Shown here piece after piece: positions 60,433 to 64,000 of a stretch of 64,000 nucleotides of DNA. The DNA is from Deltaproteobacteria bacterium. GTDB taxonomy: Bacteria; Myxococcota_A; Polyangia; Polyangiales; Houyiibacteriaceae. The stretch covers positions 128,001-192,000 of the forward strand of contig JAXMNT010000006.1 in the NCBI GenBank assembly GCA_034670305.1. Direction: 5' to 3'. The notes beneath the pieces were generated by a model that saw only the letters and a list, made by a program, of their open reading frames with translations, was not told where the DNA came from and made no database searches. Numbering within the stretch: position 1 is the stretch's first letter; every line of letters begins with the position of its first letter. Position numbers and translations under genes: made by a program.

Positions 60433-61452
60433 TCAGTCGTCGCGTTCGGCGCGGAGCGGGCGGGTCATGAGGTCGACCATGGCTTCGCGGGCGGGCTGGT
60501 CTTCGTAGAGGATCTTGTAGACCTGGCGGGTGATCGGCATGTCGACCTCGAGCGCGAGCGCGAGCTCGTGGGCGCTCTGGGTGGTCTTCACCCCTTCGGC
60601 GACCATGCCGAGCTCGCCGAGGATCTGGCTCAGCGTCTTGCCTTGGCCGAGCGCGGTGCCGACCCGGCGGTTGCGGCTCAGATCGCCCGTGCACGTGAGC
60701 ACGAGATCGCCCATGCCCGAGAGGCCTGCGAGCGTCAGTGGATGTGCGCCGAGCTTCAGCGCGAGGCGTGAGAGTTCCGCCAGCCCGCGGGTGATGAGCG
60801 CGGCGCGGGTGTTGTGGCCCATGCCCATTCCGTCCGCGATGCCGGCCGCGATCGCGACGACGTTTTTCAGTGCGCCTCCGACCTCGACGCCGATCACGTC
60901 GTCGGTCGTGTAGACCCGGAACCGGTCCGTGTTGAAGTACGCCTGCACCCGTTCGGTGACGGCTTCGTCGTAGCCGGCGACACACACGGCGGTCGGCATG
61001 CCCTGCGCGACCTCTTTGGCGAACGACGGGCCGCCGAGGTAGGTGAGGCGGTGGTGTTCGGATTCTTCGAAGGCGTCTTCGAAGATCTGCGAGACGAGTT
61101 TGTGGGTGCCCTGTTCGATGCCTTTGGTGGCGCTGACCACAGCGGCCTTCTGCGGGATCATCGGCGCGAGCTGCGCCAGCAGGCCTCGGTTGGCTTCGGT
61201 CGGTACGACCACGACGGCCAGGTCGATCCCTTCGGCAGCGGCGGCGAGGTCGTTCGTGGCGGTGAGGGTGGCGGGGAGGGCGACGCCTTGGAGGTAGTCG
61301 GGGTTGGTGCGCGTCTTCTGGATCGCGGCGGCGTGGTCGGCTCTGCGCGACCAGAGGCGGGTGGCGTAGCCCTGGTCGGCGAGCAGTTTCGCGAGCGCGG
61401 TGCCCCACGAGCCGGCGCCGAACACGCCGATGGTGTGCGTCTTGTCGGTCAT
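60433..61452 (-). CDS. gpsA: NAD(P)H-dependent glycerol-3-phosphate dehydrogenase
   Basis: [37 protein letters not shown]. Confidence 0.97.
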   Translation of the reverse strand: MTDKTHTIGVFGAGSWGTALAKLLADQGYATRLWSRRADHAAAIQKTRTNPDYLQGVALPATLTATNDLAAAAEGIDLAVVVVPTEANRGLLAQLAPMIPQKAAVVSATKGIEQGTHKLVSQIFEDAFEESEHHRLTYLGGPSFAKEVAQGMPTAVCVAGYDEAVTERVQAYFNTDRFRVYTTDDVIGVEVGGALKNVVAIAAGIADGMGMGHNTRAALITRGLAELSRLALKLGAHPLTLAGLSGMGDLVLTCTGDLSRNRRVGTALGQGKTLSQILGELGMVAEGVKTTQSAHELALALEVDMPITRQVYKILYEDQPAREAMVDLMTRPLRAERDD

Positions 61453-61551
61453 GGGCGGCAGCCTACCAAAGACCGCACGGCGCGGTGGGGTGGTCGAGTG
61501 CGCACCCCGCGCTCCTCACGAGTCGACCCGTGAAGGCCGAGGACGCTGGGT

Positions 61552-63966
61552 TCAGGCGGTGGTGGGCGTCGCGGCCGGCTTCTTGTCGGCCGGTTTGTCG
61601 CTGCTGTCGCTGAGATCGAGTTGGAGCGAGTCGGGATCGATCAGGGCGTTGGCGAGGACTTCGTCCATCTTCTTCACCGGGACGAACTCGAGGGTCGTGC
61701 GGACCTCGTCGGGCACGTCTTCGAGGTCGGCCATGCAGCGCTCCGGAAGGATCACGCGCTTGATGCCCGCGCGGTGGGCCGCGAGGATCTTCTCTTTCAC
61801 ACCGCCGACCGGAAGCACGCGACCACGCAGGGTGATCTCGCCGGTCATCGCGACGTCGTGCCGGACCCGGAGGCCGGTGAGGAGGGAGACGAGCGCGGTC
61901 ATCATGGTGACGCCGGCGCTCGGGCCGTCCTTGGGCATGCCGCCCGCGGGGATGTGGATGTGGATGTCGCTCTTCTCGAGGAAGTCGACCGGGATGCCGA
62001 AGTCGGTGGCGCGGGTGCGCACGTAGCTCATCGCCGCCTGGGCCGACTCTTTCATCACGTCGCCGAGCTGGCCGGTGAGTTGCAGCTTGCCGGTGCCGTG
62101 CATCTTCGTGCACTCGATGAAGAGGATTTCTCCGCCGACCGAGGTCCAGGCGAGGCCGGTGGCGACGCCGCTTTCGCTCGTGCGTTCGGCGACTTCGCTG
62201 CTGAAGCGCGGGGCGCCGAGGAAGGGCTTGAGCGCCGCTTCGTCCGCGATCTCGAAGGGTCCCATGTCGCCTTCAGCGACCTTCACTGCGATGCCGCGGA
62301 CCACGCCGGCGATCTTGCGCTCGAGGTTTCGAACGCCCGCTTCGCGCGTGTACGAGTCGATGATCGACTCGAGCGCCGGGTCGAGGACCGAGATCTGCTC
62401 CGGCTTGAGTCCGTGCTCGTCGACCTGCTTCGGCATGAGGTGGACCTTCGCGATGTCCAGCTTCTCCTTGCGGGTGTAGCCGGGGATCTCGATGATCTCC
62501 ATGCGGTCGCGCAGCGGCGCCGGGATCGTGTCGCCGACGTTCGCGGTGGCGATGAACATGACCTTGGAGAGGTCGTAGGGAATCTCCAGGTAGTGATCGC
62601 TGAACGTGTCGTTCTGCTCCGGGTCGAGCACTTCGAGCAGCGCCGCAGCCGGGTCTCCACGGAAGTCGCGGCCGACCTTGTCGATCTCGTCGAGCATGAA
62701 GATCGGGTTGATGGTCCCGGTCTTCTTCATGCCCTGGATGACCTGGCCGGGGAGGGCGCCGACGTAGGTGCGGCGGTGGCCGCGAATGGCGGCTTCGTCG
62801 TGCACGCCACCGAGGCTGATGCGGTGAAAGCGGCGACCGAGGGCGCGGGCGACCGAGCGACCGAGCGAGGTCTTGCCGACGCCGGGCGGACCGATGAGGC
62901 AGAGGATCGGCCCCTTCTTGTCCTTCTTCAGCTTGCGGACGGCGAGGTACTCGACGATGCGCTTTTTGACCTTCTCGAGGCCCGAGTGGTCTTCGTCCAG
63001 CACCCGGCGCACCTGGGGGATGTCCAGGTTGTCGGTGGTCTCTTTCGACCACGGAATGTCGAGGATCCAGTCGATGTAGGTCCGGACGACCGTGTACTCC
63101 GCCGAACCGACCTGCATCTGGCGGAGGCGCTTGAGTTGCTTGCGGGCGACCTTGTCGGTCTCCTTCGGGAGCTCGGCTTTGGTCAGGCGCTCTTCGAGCA
63201 CGTCGAGATCGGTCGAGTCGCCGTCCTCTTCACCAAGCTCTTCGCGGATCGCTTTGAGCTGCTGGCGCAAGACGTACTCGCGCTGGTTCTTCCCCATCTC
63301 CTCTTTGATCTGGGAGTTGATGCGCTCCCGCATCTTGAGGATCTCGAGCTGCCGCGTGAGGAGCCGGAGCACCTTGCGGATGCGGTCCTTGGCGTCGATG
63401 GTCTCGAGCAACTGGGCCTTCTCGTCCACCGGGGCGTCGAGGTTGGCGGCGACCAGGTCGGCGAGCTGCCCAGGCTCCTGGATCGAGTCGATGAGGGAAC
63501 TCGCTTCGCGCGGGAGCTCCGGCATCAGCTGAATCACCTGCTTGGCGATGTCGCGCAGGCTCATCGCGAGGGCTTCGGCCTCGACGTCGTCTGCTTTCGG
63601 CTCTTCGAGCTTCGACGTGCGCGCTTTGAGGTAAGGCTCGTTCTGCTGAAGGCTCTCGAGCCGCACCCGCATGAGTCCCTGGAGAATCAGGCTGTAGTTG
63701 CCGCTCGAATGTTTGAGGGCCTTGAGCACCCGCGCGGCCACACCCACGGGGTAGAGGTCTTCGTGCGCTGGATCGTCGGTCGCGGGATCGCGCTGGGCGA
63801 AGATGGCGATGACCGGCTGATCGAGGTTCTCGATGTCCTGGACGAGGGCGACGGACTTCTCGCGGCCTACATCGAAAGGGGCCACCGCACCGGGGAAAAG
63901 AACTGCGTTCCGGATCGGTAGAACAGGCAGCTCGTCATCAAAATCGAGGGCGTCGTCGTTTGCCAT
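61552..63966 (-). CDS. lon: ATP-dependent Lon protease
   Basis: [31 protein letters not shown] (catalytic Ser), GGVKEK. Confidence 0.98.
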   Translation of the reverse strand: MANDDALDFDDELPVLPIRNAVLFPGAVAPFDVGREKSVALVQDIENLDQPVIAIFAQRDPATDDPAHEDLYPVGVAARVLKALKHSSGNYSLILQGLMRVRLESLQQNEPYLKARTSKLEEPKADDVEAEALAMSLRDIAKQVIQLMPELPREASSLIDSIQEPGQLADLVAANLDAPVDEKAQLLETIDAKDRIRKVLRLLTRQLEILKMRERINSQIKEEMGKNQREYVLRQQLKAIREELGEEDGDSTDLDVLEERLTKAELPKETDKVARKQLKRLRQMQVGSAEYTVVRTYIDWILDIPWSKETTDNLDIPQVRRVLDEDHSGLEKVKKRIVEYLAVRKLKKDKKGPILCLIGPPGVGKTSLGRSVARALGRRFHRISLGGVHDEAAIRGHRRTYVGALPGQVIQGMKKTGTINPIFMLDEIDKVGRDFRGDPAAALLEVLDPEQNDTFSDHYLEIPYDLSKVMFIATANVGDTIPAPLRDRMEIIEIPGYTRKEKLDIAKVHLMPKQVDEHGLKPEQISVLDPALESIIDSYTREAGVRNLERKIAGVVRGIAVKVAEGDMGPFEIADEAALKPFLGAPRFSSEVAERTSESGVATGLAWTSVGGEILFIECTKMHGTGKLQLTGQLGDVMKESAQAAMSYVRTRATDFGIPVDFLEKSDIHIHIPAGGMPKDGPSAGVTMMTALVSLLTGLRVRHDVAMTGEITLRGRVLPVGGVKEKILAAHRAGIKRVILPERCMADLEDVPDEVRTTLEFVPVKKMDEVLANALIDPDSLQLDLSDSSDKPADKKPAATPTTA

Positions 63967-64000
63967 GCGGTGCTCAGGGTGCGCTGGGTGGAGCGCACGG

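Noticed and set aside
59777-60508. 243-aa poly-Ala/AE ORF
   Set aside because: Mostly translated repeat, and it overlaps the gpsA 3' end on the opposite strand.

Overview
High-GC chromosomal segment. The gene content points to a myxobacterium, probably Polyangia/Sandaracinaceae-like (inference from Cys-rich repeat lipoproteins, TSP3-OmpA proteins, an AgmX/GltJ-like protein and an mlaF-E-E-F-D layout). Recognisable genes are a czcCBA-type heavy-metal RND operon with two extra Cys/His-rich ORFs, a type IIA topoisomerase pair in A-then-B order, hutUI, guaBA, cobB, pfkA, rlmB, pyrF, an mla operon, gdhA, a DEAD-box helicase, a split histidine kinase/response regulator pair, gpsA and lon. I saw no tRNA, rRNA, CRISPR array, transposase or integrase. 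The most interesting signals are: (1) two separate, translationally coupled pairs of a Cys-rich-repeat lipoprotein and a beta-barrel/TSP3/OmpA protein, resembling myxobacterial TraAB but with inverted adhesin topology; (2) about 11 intergenic hexamer-periodic tracts, nine of them (GCCGAN)n arrays with a locus-specific variable base, several next to G-quadruplex-type (GGGCAN)n tracts; (3) an orphan Soj/ParA with tandem TRASH-like metal-binding domains plus an RHH partner; (4) a kinase-dead AgmX/GltJ-like pseudokinase coupled to an orphan SctJ ring lipoprotein; (5) a possible metal-responsive leader ORF with a hairpin ahead of czcC; (6) a 103-bp TIR-bounded MITE/REP-like cluster. All calls come from reading motifs by eye, with no database searches. 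Several start codons are best guesses.
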